Origin: an uncultured Candidatus Saccharibacteria bacterium
GTDB taxonomy: Bacteria > Patescibacteriota > Minisyncoccia > Phycocordibacterales > PALSA-1337
Direction of reading: 5' to 3'
Length of the DNA stretch: 64,000 nt
Assembly: GCA_964358005.1 (NCBI GenBank)
Contig: CAYHNH010000001.1
Span: 78,775 to 142,774 of the forward strand
The position numbers were made by a program, and so were the translations under genes. The notes under the pieces were generated by a model, which saw only the letters and a list, made by a program, of their open reading frames with translations, was not told the origin of the DNA and did not search any database. Shown here one piece after another: positions 1 to 8,069 of the stretch. Each line of letters starts with the position of its first letter. The stretch's first letter is position 1.

Positions 1-926
1 GCATCGAGTAACGATTGATTTTCTCCAACATCGCTATTCTTTGTATCCACTTGGAAGACTTTCTTCTTTGGATCCACCAAGACATGTATCTGATTGAAGG
101 AATCAGAAAAGACTGACGACACTTTGAGGGTGTTTATAAGGTCTTGCTTGAGCATCACAGCTTCGGTCAGGAAGCCTTTTGGAATTATCTGGCGATAATC
201 AGGGAACACCCCGTCTATTATGCGGGAGGTAATGCGGACTCCACCGGCCTCAAATGACACCAGGTTCTTGTTTGAGCGCATTGTGACGGTAGGGCCGGCT
301 GATTCCAACATCCTCACAATTTCAACGCTGTTCTTGAATGGGATGAGCATGTCCTCTATGCTCGCGCCTTTTGGAAGAGTCGCCTTCTTCTCAGCTAGAC
401 GGAAAGAATCAGTAGCAGCAAAAACTGCCGTTTCTCCATCTCTGTATATGTATATGCTGGAAAGTTCTGGTTTCACGTTAGAGATCGCCGCGCTGTACCA
501 GACAGATTTGAAGCCTTTTATGAGAACTTCCGATGGAAAGTCGCTTGTTTTACCATCTGAAACAACCGGTATAGCTGGAAAATCTTCAAAAGGAAGGGTT
601 TTTACGACTCCTTTTGATTTTGAAAGTGTTATATGAAGATTCCCGGCATTGGTTTCCAATCTAACTATTTGTTCCTTACTGCCCACCTGCGCCAAAAAGG
701 AGGAGAGTGTGCGGGCAGGAACAGCAAAAACAGCCTCGCCATCAGATTTGATCGGGATTTCAACCTCGATTCCCACATCTAGGTTAGTGGCTCGGATAGT
801 GGCAGCGCCTTTCTTTATATCCAAAAGAAGGCAGGAAAGGATGGGGAGGGTGAGGTGACGGCCAGCCACCTTTTCGGTCAAGAATACGGCTTGCCTGAAT
901 TTTTCAAATTGTATCTCGCATCTCAT
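1..926 (-). CDS. dnaN: DNA polymerase III beta subunit (sliding clamp), 5' part; the gene runs off the window start
   Basis: Manual reverse-complement translation from the ATG at 926..924 gives MRCEIQFEKFRQAVFLTEKVAGRHLTLPILSCLLLD...SRIIDGVFPDYRQIIPK, the typical DnaN N-terminus and clamp motifs. It lies directly downstream of dnaA on the same strand. The ORF track missed it because it is truncated by the window edge. Confidence 0.8.
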   Translation of the reverse strand, partial: MRCEIQFEKFRQAVFLTEKVAGRHLTLPILSCLLLDIKKGAATIRATNLDVGIEVEIPIKSDGEAVFAVPARTLSSFLAQVGSKEQIVRLETNAGNLHITLSKSKGVVKTLPFEDFPAIPVVSDGKTSDFPSEVLIKGFKSVWYSAAISNVKPELSSIYIYRDGETAVFAATDSFRLAEKKATLPKGASIEDMLIPFKNSVEIVRMLESAGPTVTMRSNKNLVSFEAGGVRITSRIIDGVFPDYRQIIPKGFLTEAVMLKQDLINTLKVSSVFSDSFNQIHVLVDPKKKVFQVDTKNSDVGENQSLLD

Positions 927-1153
927 AATTGTTTGTATATATGTATAAGAAGAAATTTATTATCACTATTAGCCCTGTGTATATGTGGTTAACTCGGAAA
1001 TAAACCCCTACAACTGGGTCCTAAGGGATTTTTAAAAAGGAGTGACTGTGTGTTTGGCATGATGGTTTGTGGGTAATTTTTTTAGTTTGTATTTTTGATC
1101 TGGTTTATCATTTTTTTACCACAAGCTATTCACAGGTTATCATCCCCCATAAA
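927..1153. promoter_or_regulatory. Candidate oriC: AT-rich dnaA-dnaN intergenic region carrying DnaA-box-like 9-mers
   Basis: TGTGGTTAA at 984..992, TGTGGGTAA at 1068..1076 and TTACCACAA at 1116..1124 are each within 1-2 mismatches of TGTGGATAA/TTATCCACA. AT-rich runs (tttttagtttgtatttttgatctggtttatcattttttt) could serve as an unwinding element. The position between dnaA and dnaN is the classical one. Confidence 0.4.
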
Positions 1154-2494
1154 CTATAGCATCGAACGCAGTTGAGTTATCTCCTGCGAAAGTATGGGAT
1201 TGGTCTTTACCTCCTCCTTCATTTTATTGTAGGAGTGTATGACTGTGGTGTGATCTCTTCCTCCCAGCTTCTCTCCTATTGAAGGGAAAGAAACATTGAA
1301 ATCCTCCCTAAGGATATACATGACCACCTGGCGTGGCTTAACCACCTCTTTTCTGCGGGTTTTGTTGTAGATGATATCTTCGGACAGGTTGTAAAATTCC
1401 GAGACAGTCTTGACCACGTCCTTCACAGAGAGGAGCTTTTTGGGCTTGGTGTTGTTCTTCAGGATGTTCCGGATCTCATTGAGCGACAATTCCCTGCTCT
1501 TGAACTGTGTTTGGCAGGCGATTATATTCACAACCCCCTCTATTTCACGGATGTTATCTTTTATTGTGGAAGCTATGAGCTCCACCGCCTCTACTCCAAG
1601 GGTTATGTTGTATGTACTGCATTTTGCCCTCGCTATGAACATGCGCGACTCGTGGTCGGGTTCAGGAATATCTAGTACCATACCGGCACTGAAACGACCT
1701 CGTAGGCGGTCCTCCAGTCCTGGGATGACGTTTGGGTGCTTGTCTGACGAGAAAACGAGCTGGCGTGATGTATCTACGTACATATTGAACAGGTGGAAGA
1801 ACTCTTCCTGGAATTTTTCCTTACCGGAGAAGAATTGCACGTCGTCCATGATGAGAACATCGTATTTCCTATACTTTTCCTTGAATTGCTGGGCCTTACC
1901 CTCCTGGAGAGCGGTCAAAAGCTCGTTACCGAAGCGCTCGGAGGTCAGATAGAAGACCTTTTTCTCTGGAAACTGTGCCTTAATCTTGTTGCCTACGGCT
2001 TGGATGAGGTGGGTCTTGCCTCGGCCAGTCTCTCCATATACGAAAAGCGGGTTGTAGGTCTTGCCTGGGCTGCTTATGACTGTCTGGGAGGCCGCAAAGG
2101 CCAGCTCGTTGTATGGACCTACGATGAAAGTCTCGAATGTGTAGCGTGGGTTGAGGTTGTCTTCTCTGTTGATGTAGAAATCCTGGAGCGGCATAGCCAT
2201 GGTCGGGGCTGGGGCGGCCTGTTTCCTAGCCGCATTGGCCTTTTCCTCCTTAACAATGACGTATTCAAGAGCTCTTATGCGGGCATCCATCTGTCGCAGG
2301 ATCCTCAAAATAGCGTTGTGGAACTTCTTTTGCATCCATTCCTGGGTAAAGGAGTTCGGGACGCCGAGATATATAGTGCCTTCCTCCTCCCTCAAAATAG
2401 CGGTTTCCTTGAACCAGGTGGAAAAGTTGGCCTGGGACACGGCGGTCTCGATCTCTACCAGGGCGGTCTGCCACATTTTTGAATAGTCGTGCAT
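1154..2494 (-). CDS. dnaA: Chromosomal replication initiator protein DnaA
   Basis: The 446-aa ORF has Walker A GETGRGKTHL, Walker B VLIMDDVQF and a C-terminal DNA-binding helix-turn-helix (VSFPSIGEKLGGRDHTTVIHS). It is divergent from rpmH. Confidence 0.95.
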   Translation of the reverse strand: MHDYSKMWQTALVEIETAVSQANFSTWFKETAILREEEGTIYLGVPNSFTQEWMQKKFHNAILRILRQMDARIRALEYVIVKEEKANAARKQAAPAPTMAMPLQDFYINREDNLNPRYTFETFIVGPYNELAFAASQTVISSPGKTYNPLFVYGETGRGKTHLIQAVGNKIKAQFPEKKVFYLTSERFGNELLTALQEGKAQQFKEKYRKYDVLIMDDVQFFSGKEKFQEEFFHLFNMYVDTSRQLVFSSDKHPNVIPGLEDRLRGRFSAGMVLDIPEPDHESRMFIARAKCSTYNITLGVEAVELIASTIKDNIREIEGVVNIIACQTQFKSRELSLNEIRNILKNNTKPKKLLSVKDVVKTVSEFYNLSEDIIYNKTRRKEVVKPRQVVMYILREDFNVSFPSIGEKLGGRDHTTVIHSYNKMKEEVKTNPILSQEITQLRSML

Positions 2495-2618
2495 AGAGTT
2501 TGGACGAAAATAAGTATATACCTGTTTCTAGTTCTGCATACTTGTGGAGTGAGAAAAACTATGTTGATAAGTTGTGGACATTTGTTTTTCCGTAAATTTC
2601 CTGTAATATCTATCCATC
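2495..2618. promoter_or_regulatory. dnaA/rpmH divergent promoter region with weak DnaA-box-like motifs
   Basis: TTGTGGAGT, TTGTGGACA and CTATCCATC are each about 2 mismatches from the DnaA-box consensus. This is the classical autoregulated dnaA promoter position. Confidence 0.3.
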
Positions 2619-2753
2619 ATGTCAATCACTTACCAACCAAAGAAGCGAAAGCGCGCGAAGTCCCACGGTTTCCGTGTCCGAATGAAGACTCCAGGTGGAA
2701 AGAGCGCTCTTTCTAGGCGCCGCGCCAAAGGACGGAAGCGCATAGCCGTATAA
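2619..2753 (+). CDS. rpmH: 50S ribosomal protein L34
   Basis: The 44-aa product [44 protein letters not shown] is below the ORF-track size cutoff and was found by reading the sequence. It is followed by rnpA. Confidence 0.9.
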   Translation: MSITYQPKKRKRAKSHGFRVRMKTPGGKSALSRRRAKGRKRIAV

Positions 2754-2777
2754 CAGCCCACGCGCTATAATCGGCTG

Positions 2778-3116
2778 ATGCTCAAGCGCTCTCAGAGGCT
2801 GTCCGGAAGCCAATTCGATTTGGTTATAAAAAAGGGGCGAGTCCTGCACTCCCCTCTTTTTATTGCCCGGATACTTTCGGGGGAAAGGAGCTCGTCTCGT
2901 GTTGCCGGCGTGGCACCGGTAAAGGTAGCCAAGACCTCGGCAGCGAGGCATCTCGTGAGGCGCAGGATATACGAAGCCGCGCGCCCGCTCATGAGCGAGG
3001 TTGCCCCAGGCAACCTAATCATTCTTCTTGCTAAACAACCAGCTATTGGACGCAAGCCGACTGATCTCCGCCAAGATATAAGGTCGCTTTTTGTTAAAGC
3101 CAAGCTTTTGCGCTAG
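2778..3116 (+). CDS. rnpA: Ribonuclease P protein component
   Basis: A 112-aa basic protein directly downstream of rpmH, with the RnpA-like pattern RLxxSxFDLVIKKGRVLHSPLFIARI. Confidence 0.85.
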   Translation: MLKRSQRLSGSQFDLVIKKGRVLHSPLFIARILSGERSSSRVAGVAPVKVAKTSAARHLVRRRIYEAARPLMSEVAPGNLIILLAKQPAIGRKPTDLRQDIRSLFVKAKLLR

Positions 3117-3127
3117 TATTACCGCAC

Positions 3128-3868
3128 ATGTATAACGAACTCATATTCCGCCCTCTGTATAACGGTCTCATCGGCATCATGAACCTTCTTCCATGGATAG
3201 ACGTCGGTATAGCCGTCTTCATCTTTACCGTTATTGTGAAGGTCATCCTGTACCCCCTCTCCAAATCTGCGCTTTTGACTCAGGTTCGCATGAAGGACAT
3301 AGAGCCAGAGGCGGCCAAGATACGCTCCCAATACGCGAAGGACAAACAACTACAAGCTCAAAAAGTCATGGAGCTCTATAAGACCAAAGGGGTGAAGCCT
3401 TTTTCTGGAGTTCTGTTGCTCATCATTCAGTTACCTATCCTTTTCGCTCTCATATCAGTCTTCTACAAGATAATCCCGACCATAGACGCGACTATCCTGT
3501 ATAGCTTCGTTTCAGTTCCCGTTCTCAAGACCATGTTCTTGGGGTTCATCGATCTCACCCAGCCAAGCCTTTACTTGGCTCTGGCGACGGGTGTTATCCA
3601 ATATCTCCAACTCAAATATTCCCTAGCTTCACAGCAAGCTGCGCCACAGTCGAACACTGGAGGTATGGCTAACATAGCCAACTCGATGAATACGCAGATG
3701 AAATATGCTATCCCGGTTCTAGCGGTGGTATCTATATATTGGATCATTCCGGCTACCTTCCCAGGAGCTTCATCGATAATAGCTGTCTACTGGATGACCA
3801 GCTCGCTTATGACCTTCTTGCAAGAGCTTGTGATACGGAAGAAACATTTGAAGACCGCAAAGGCCTAG
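3128..3868 (+). CDS. yidC: Membrane protein insertase, short YidC/Oxa1 form
   Basis: A 246-aa polytopic membrane protein with hydrophobic core helices and a YidC-like amphipathic region (EPEAAKIRSQYAKDKQLQAQKVMELYKTKGVKPFSG). It completes the conserved rpmH-rnpA-yidC synteny. Confidence 0.85.
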   Translation: MYNELIFRPLYNGLIGIMNLLPWIDVGIAVFIFTVIVKVILYPLSKSALLTQVRMKDIEPEAAKIRSQYAKDKQLQAQKVMELYKTKGVKPFSGVLLLIIQLPILFALISVFYKIIPTIDATILYSFVSVPVLKTMFLGFIDLTQPSLYLALATGVIQYLQLKYSLASQQAAPQSNTGGMANIANSMNTQMKYAIPVLAVVSIYWIIPATFPGASSIIAVYWMTSSLMTFLQELVIRKKHLKTAKA

Positions 3869-3890
3869 TAAACCCAATCACTAGGAGACA

Positions 3891-5156
3891 CTATGGTCTG
3901 ACAAGATCGAGCGACCATAGCGATAGGTCGTTTTTGTTCATGAAGAACATGAATTTGTCCTTAGAGTCGAGGGTTGGATTGAATACGTTGAGTACCCTGT
4001 CAGCCTTATCGATGAGAGAGGAGATGAGCTTGGCTTCTCCCGTCGTTGCGTTGACCTGCCAAATCTTGTCAGTCGTCGAAACGCTTCCGAGGTACCAATC
4101 ATCGGGATAGATCCCGCTCGGGAGTTCGCTGGGCACTCCACAGTAGGCTAGTTCCCTGTACAGGTTGCCCCACACGCATTTGTCCGAGAGCGTGCGGAAG
4201 ACTGCATCGGTGGTGGTCGCAGCCGATACCGAATATACGCCGGTAGCGATGGTTCCGTCCTTAGTGGAAGAGTAGAGGACATGTTTGCCTGTCCGGCTGA
4301 CTGCTGCCGTAAGGCCGTAAATAGGGCCAAGGATCTTTGTCCAGGCGCCGCTCTTAGGGTTGACGAAGTAGAGGAATCCCCCATAGTTGGCCGAAGGCTT
4401 GGTAGTGATGGCGATGATGTCATCTGCCGGCCAGGATACGTTTATGTCAGTAAGCGGTGTGGTGAAGATGCGCGTTGGAGCCGAAGCGCTAAATGAAGAT
4501 AGGTACCCCGCACCGGTGCCGTTCTCGTTTACGATGACGATGACACGCGAGGTATCCGGCGAGGCCGCGTAACCTATGACATTTCCGGATATATTCCTTC
4601 CGCGCAGCTCGTAAGGCGAGAATTGCGCTGTAGTCGAGGCCTTTTTGCTGGGCACAATGTCCGTATAGACAGTAGTCGGGTATAGATTACCGTCCTCGAA
4701 CATGGAAGCGATGAATGCTGTCAGATTCCTATTCCACACGCTCCTCACGATCTTAGGTACGACAGTATTAGAGAGCGTAGTAATCGCGGCCGAATCATAA
4801 GTCGCCTGGTAGACGTTCCCTCTCCCCCTGTCCACCCAGAGCACCTTCGTGGTCGTAGCTGTCGTCGAAGCGCCGTATCCACCCACAGGAGAGTCGCTAA
4901 GCAATCGCAGTGCTGGAATGCGTGCCAGTGCGCCGGGCTGTTGTGTAGTAGTCGTGGCAGTGCTTGTGGCCATTCCAGGGCGGGTAGTTCCCGGAGTAGC
5001 GGGCCGTCCCAAGGGCTGGAAGCCGACAGGCGGTTCCTGTCCTTCCGGTCCTAGAGGCACCTGCACCGGGCTCATCAGGAAGTACCAATATGCCCAGCCT
5101 ACGGCGATGAGCAGTATGACTATGAGCAAGGAGATTATGATGTTTCGGATCTTCAT
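3891..5156 (-). CDS. Membrane-anchored protein with a Thr/Pro-rich linker and a beta-propeller-like C-terminal domain (hypothetical)
   Basis: There is one N-terminal TM helix (IIISLLIVILLIAVGWAYWYF), a low-complexity TTRPGMATSTATTTTQQP linker, then about 300 aa rich in predicted beta-strand (TolB/WD-like). Confidence 0.5.
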   Translation of the reverse strand: MKIRNIIISLLIVILLIAVGWAYWYFLMSPVQVPLGPEGQEPPVGFQPLGRPATPGTTRPGMATSTATTTTQQPGALARIPALRLLSDSPVGGYGASTTATTTKVLWVDRGRGNVYQATYDSAAITTLSNTVVPKIVRSVWNRNLTAFIASMFEDGNLYPTTVYTDIVPSKKASTTAQFSPYELRGRNISGNVIGYAASPDTSRVIVIVNENGTGAGYLSSFSASAPTRIFTTPLTDINVSWPADDIIAITTKPSANYGGFLYFVNPKSGAWTKILGPIYGLTAAVSRTGKHVLYSSTKDGTIATGVYSVSAATTTDAVFRTLSDKCVWGNLYRELAYCGVPSELPSGIYPDDWYLGSVSTTDKIWQVNATTGEAKLISSLIDKADRVLNVFNPTLDSKDKFMFFMNKNDLSLWSLDLVRP

Positions 5157-5161
5157 TTGTT

Positions 5162-6448
5162 TTATCGTCTTTCAAGGCCTGCTAGCATCGCATCGATCTG
5201 TATCTGCGTAGTCTGTCTAAATTCAGAGTTTCTAATGGATGCAATGACAGAAGATGTGTAATTTTTTATGTTGTTTACGGCAATGGCTTTGTAGCCAGCG
5301 AACTGCGAATCATTCGACACTGTTAAGATATTGGTAACTACAGCTCTTCCAAAGTTTCCACCAGCTACTGCACCCACGGCGGCTAGAGTTCCCCCGCTTA
5401 CTCCACCCCCGAACGCACCTAAGGTGACTCCGCCTATTATAGTTCCAGCTCTGATCTCCATATCCTGTAGTGCCGCATGGAACGGACCTATGGAGGCATC
5501 CCCTATAGCCTTAACAACTTGGCTTTGCGTGTATGCCATAACAGACGCGTAGCGTGCGTAATCATCGATAGACGTTTTTAATATCGGGTCGTTGCTTAAA
5601 GTGTCCAGTTCCTGATTATATTTTGTCCTGAATGCCAATATCATTCTTTGGCAGGTCTCGAATGTGGCGCCGGCCGAGCATTTTATGATCTCATCATTCA
5701 TCACACCGACGGCGACTTTCACGGCAATAATTATTTTCTCTTTTTTTACCTGGTCTAGTAGGTTCAACCTGTCTAAACATAACGCTTCTATAGCCTCATC
5801 ACCCTTCGGTTCCTCGTCATTACAATCAACCCCGCCTGTGAGGGTCGCGACCCTAGCGTTTATCTCATCCGCTTGCCTCTGCAGACCTGCTGCAGTAGCG
5901 CGCGCCACGGTCACATCGGCAAGGATTTTCCTATTTGCTTCTTTTGTCCTGTCCAGGACACTTGCCGTGCTGGTCTCCAACATGGCGAAGAAGTCTGCTG
6001 TAGTAGCGTACCTCTCATAATTTATCTTAAGCGGAGCGACAAGGGTCTTGGGGATGGCGACCAGTCTGGGGTCTATGGTGCGTAATATGAGGTATGAGCA
6101 GAGGACCAGGAGCAGGCCGTAGACTGCGTTCTTGACCTTGTCCAGACCGGTTTTCTTGTCCTGCCAGGAGTCGGTGGTCATATACTGTAGGCCGCCGAAT
6201 ACGATCATGAATACGGCCCCTGCCGCCGCGATAGCTATGATCAGGTTGAAAATATACTGTATATAGTCCTGGAAATTGAATGAGGACCGCCCTTTTGCCA
6301 ACTCATCGGCTGTGCAGGTCACACCGTTTCCGGGGATGCACGGCAACGGCTCTAGAGCGACGTATTGCTGGCTCTGCGCCCAACCGATCGATGGTAGGAT
6401 CATGATGGTCAGCATCAGTACTAGTGAGATTTTTGTTTTTATTGCCAT
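5162..6448 (-). CDS. VirB2/TrbC-like pilin domain fused to a roughly 300-aa coiled-coil and Gly-rich extension
   Basis: Signal peptide MAIKTKISLVLMLTIMILPSIGWAQ, then two closely spaced TM helices (IFNLIIAIAAAGAVFMIVFGG and AVYGLLLVLCSYLIL) joined by a short loop, the T4SS pilin architecture. The C-terminus is Gly-rich (GGVTLGAFGGGVSGGTLAAVGAVAGGNFG). Confidence 0.45.
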   Translation of the reverse strand: MAIKTKISLVLMLTIMILPSIGWAQSQQYVALEPLPCIPGNGVTCTADELAKGRSSFNFQDYIQYIFNLIIAIAAAGAVFMIVFGGLQYMTTDSWQDKKTGLDKVKNAVYGLLLVLCSYLILRTIDPRLVAIPKTLVAPLKINYERYATTADFFAMLETSTASVLDRTKEANRKILADVTVARATAAGLQRQADEINARVATLTGGVDCNDEEPKGDEAIEALCLDRLNLLDQVKKEKIIIAVKVAVGVMNDEIIKCSAGATFETCQRMILAFRTKYNQELDTLSNDPILKTSIDDYARYASVMAYTQSQVVKAIGDASIGPFHAALQDMEIRAGTIIGGVTLGAFGGGVSGGTLAAVGAVAGGNFGRAVVTNILTVSNDSQFAGYKAIAVNNIKNYTSSVIASIRNSEFRQTTQIQIDAMLAGLERR

Positions 6449-6454
6449 GATGAT

Positions 6455-7543
6455 TTAAAAGGTGATAGGCGAGCTGGAAGCTGCGGCAGTGAATACGGCG
6501 CGGAATGCACCATTAGCACTCTGTAGTATCGATGTTTTGTTCGTGATGCGCAGCTCTATCGCGGTAGAGCCGACGGATCCTTCTGGTGCTCTCAGGGTCA
6601 CGGTTTGGTTCGATACGAGCTCCGGCCGCGACCTCCCGTTTATCATCCAGGCCATGTTGAGGTCCCCCAGACCGGTGGCAGGGGCATTGAAGCCGTACGG
6701 GATGGCCAATACACCCGTCTCTCTCTGTGTGTTGAGATACAAGGCATTGTTTATGGCCGTGTCGTACAAGGGGCCGTACAGTGGGTCATTCTTATAGAAT
6801 TTTACGAAGGGAGCAACAGGGTTCACTGAAACAGAACCGGCGCCTTGGGCGCTGCCGTCCCGGGTACTTACGCTGACTGATATGACATATGGTCTGGGTA
6901 TCATGCCGCCAGGTATGATCAGAGATTGTTTTCCATACCCAGAAGATCCTTCGATGATGTCCCCATTCTGCTCCCATCTATAGAGGAGAGATTTAGGGTC
7001 GTATTCGGTGCCAGCTGAATTGGCCAGATGAGGAATAGCAGCTACTTTGACGTCGTTTTGGTATGCGGTCGCGATCTTGCCCTGGAATGTCGGGGGCTTA
7101 TGTCCGGCCGGCTCGACGATCATATCAACTGAGCCGGAAGTCAGGGTGAGCGAGCTCTGCAGTGATTCGCCGGAGGGAGTCACCGCGGAGATGTTGATTG
7201 AGAGCGATTTGCCCAAAGCTGGAGCCTTGACGGTTATGATATTGGATCCTATGCCCTTTTCCACGACCTTACTCGCGACCGACCAAGTAAGGTTGGCTGA
7301 ATATATATCTATGCTGTAACTCCTTGCTGTAATGGTGACGCTCTGACCTGGCGCCGGATTCGAGATAGATGGAGTCAGCTCTATCCCCCCGACAACCGGG
7401 GTGATGCCCTGGGCGCTCACAGAAATAGTCGCGCTGAGTAACAGACCTGATATGACCAATATAATCCTAGTCCAGCTAGTGCGGCGTTGCATTCCTGCCA
7501 TTTTATCATGGAAGTCGGCCGCTGGTTCAGGAGTTATCACCAA
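6455..7543 (-). CDS. Secreted protein with Ig-like/beta-rich repeats (hypothetical)
   Basis: N-terminal signal/anchor (WTRIILVISGLLLSATISVSAQG), then a Ser/Thr/Gly-rich beta-rich sequence. It sits inside the T4SS-like locus. Confidence 0.5.
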   Translation of the reverse strand: MVITPEPAADFHDKMAGMQRRTSWTRIILVISGLLLSATISVSAQGITPVVGGIELTPSISNPAPGQSVTITARSYSIDIYSANLTWSVASKVVEKGIGSNIITVKAPALGKSLSINISAVTPSGESLQSSLTLTSGSVDMIVEPAGHKPPTFQGKIATAYQNDVKVAAIPHLANSAGTEYDPKSLLYRWEQNGDIIEGSSGYGKQSLIIPGGMIPRPYVISVSVSTRDGSAQGAGSVSVNPVAPFVKFYKNDPLYGPLYDTAINNALYLNTQRETGVLAIPYGFNAPATGLGDLNMAWMINGRSRPELVSNQTVTLRAPEGSVGSTAIELRITNKTSILQSANGAFRAVFTAAASSSPITF

Positions 7544-8045
7544 AATGTTGGGTAGGCTGCCTTACCCCACCCACATTCAGAGGTTGCCTGCCAGCAGCGT
7601 GGTTTACACTTTCAGTGTCAGCCCGTCTTATTCCTCCTTGATTGAGCGGTGCATTGCCGGGCACAGACGCTTTTATTCCAGTCTTATCCTCTAGTCTGGA
7701 GAGGACTATGACTACGGCAATTCCTACGATGAGGAGTGGGAACTCTTGAATGACCGGAATCAGCTCCGTGGCCATCGATATAAGAGAAGTGGCGAGGCGC
7801 CGCGCATTCAAGATGCCGTGCCCTTTGAAGTACAGGTATATGCTGACGAGTACCCAGAATACGGGAGCTACGATATCGCCGGCGATAGGGATCAAAGTCA
7901 CGATGTCGGCAACTGTCGCAAAGAACAACAGTCCTACTACTGCTGTATTTTTCAGCCTATAGTTGGTGCCCTTGTCGGTCACCGCCTTAAGGACGGCTCT
8001 TACAGTTTCTTTTTTCTCACTATCGGTCTGTCCTGTCTGAGCCAT
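7527..8045 (-). CDS. Small polytopic membrane protein (hypothetical)
   Basis: 172 aa with 3-4 predicted TM helices (VVGLLFFATVADIVTLIPIAGDIVAPVFWVLVSIYLYF; LLIVGIAVVIVL). It is adjacent to VirB4. Confidence 0.4.
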   Translation of the reverse strand: MAQTGQTDSEKKETVRAVLKAVTDKGTNYRLKNTAVVGLLFFATVADIVTLIPIAGDIVAPVFWVLVSIYLYFKGHGILNARRLATSLISMATELIPVIQEFPLLIVGIAVVIVLSRLEDKTGIKASVPGNAPLNQGGIRRADTESVNHAAGRQPLNVGGVRQPTQHFGDNS

Positions 8046-8069
8046 AATAAACCATTATAGCATCGGCGC

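Noticed and set aside
220-858. Two plus-strand ORFs (138 aa and 69 aa) at the window start
   Set aside because: They are antisense to a clear dnaN coding sequence on the minus strand (MRCEIQFEKF...RIIDGVFPDYRQIIP). They have no recognisable motifs and are most likely spurious.
1410-2486. Plus-strand ORFs of 180, 229 and 95 aa inside the dnaA region
   Set aside because: They are antisense to the intact DnaA ORF with its Walker motifs, and are typical shadow ORFs.
2489-2716. 75-aa plus-strand ORF overlapping the dnaA-rpmH spacer and rpmH
   Set aside because: It is in a different frame from the true 44-aa rpmH ([20 protein letters not shown]...), whose sequence is unmistakable. The 75-aa ORF is spurious.
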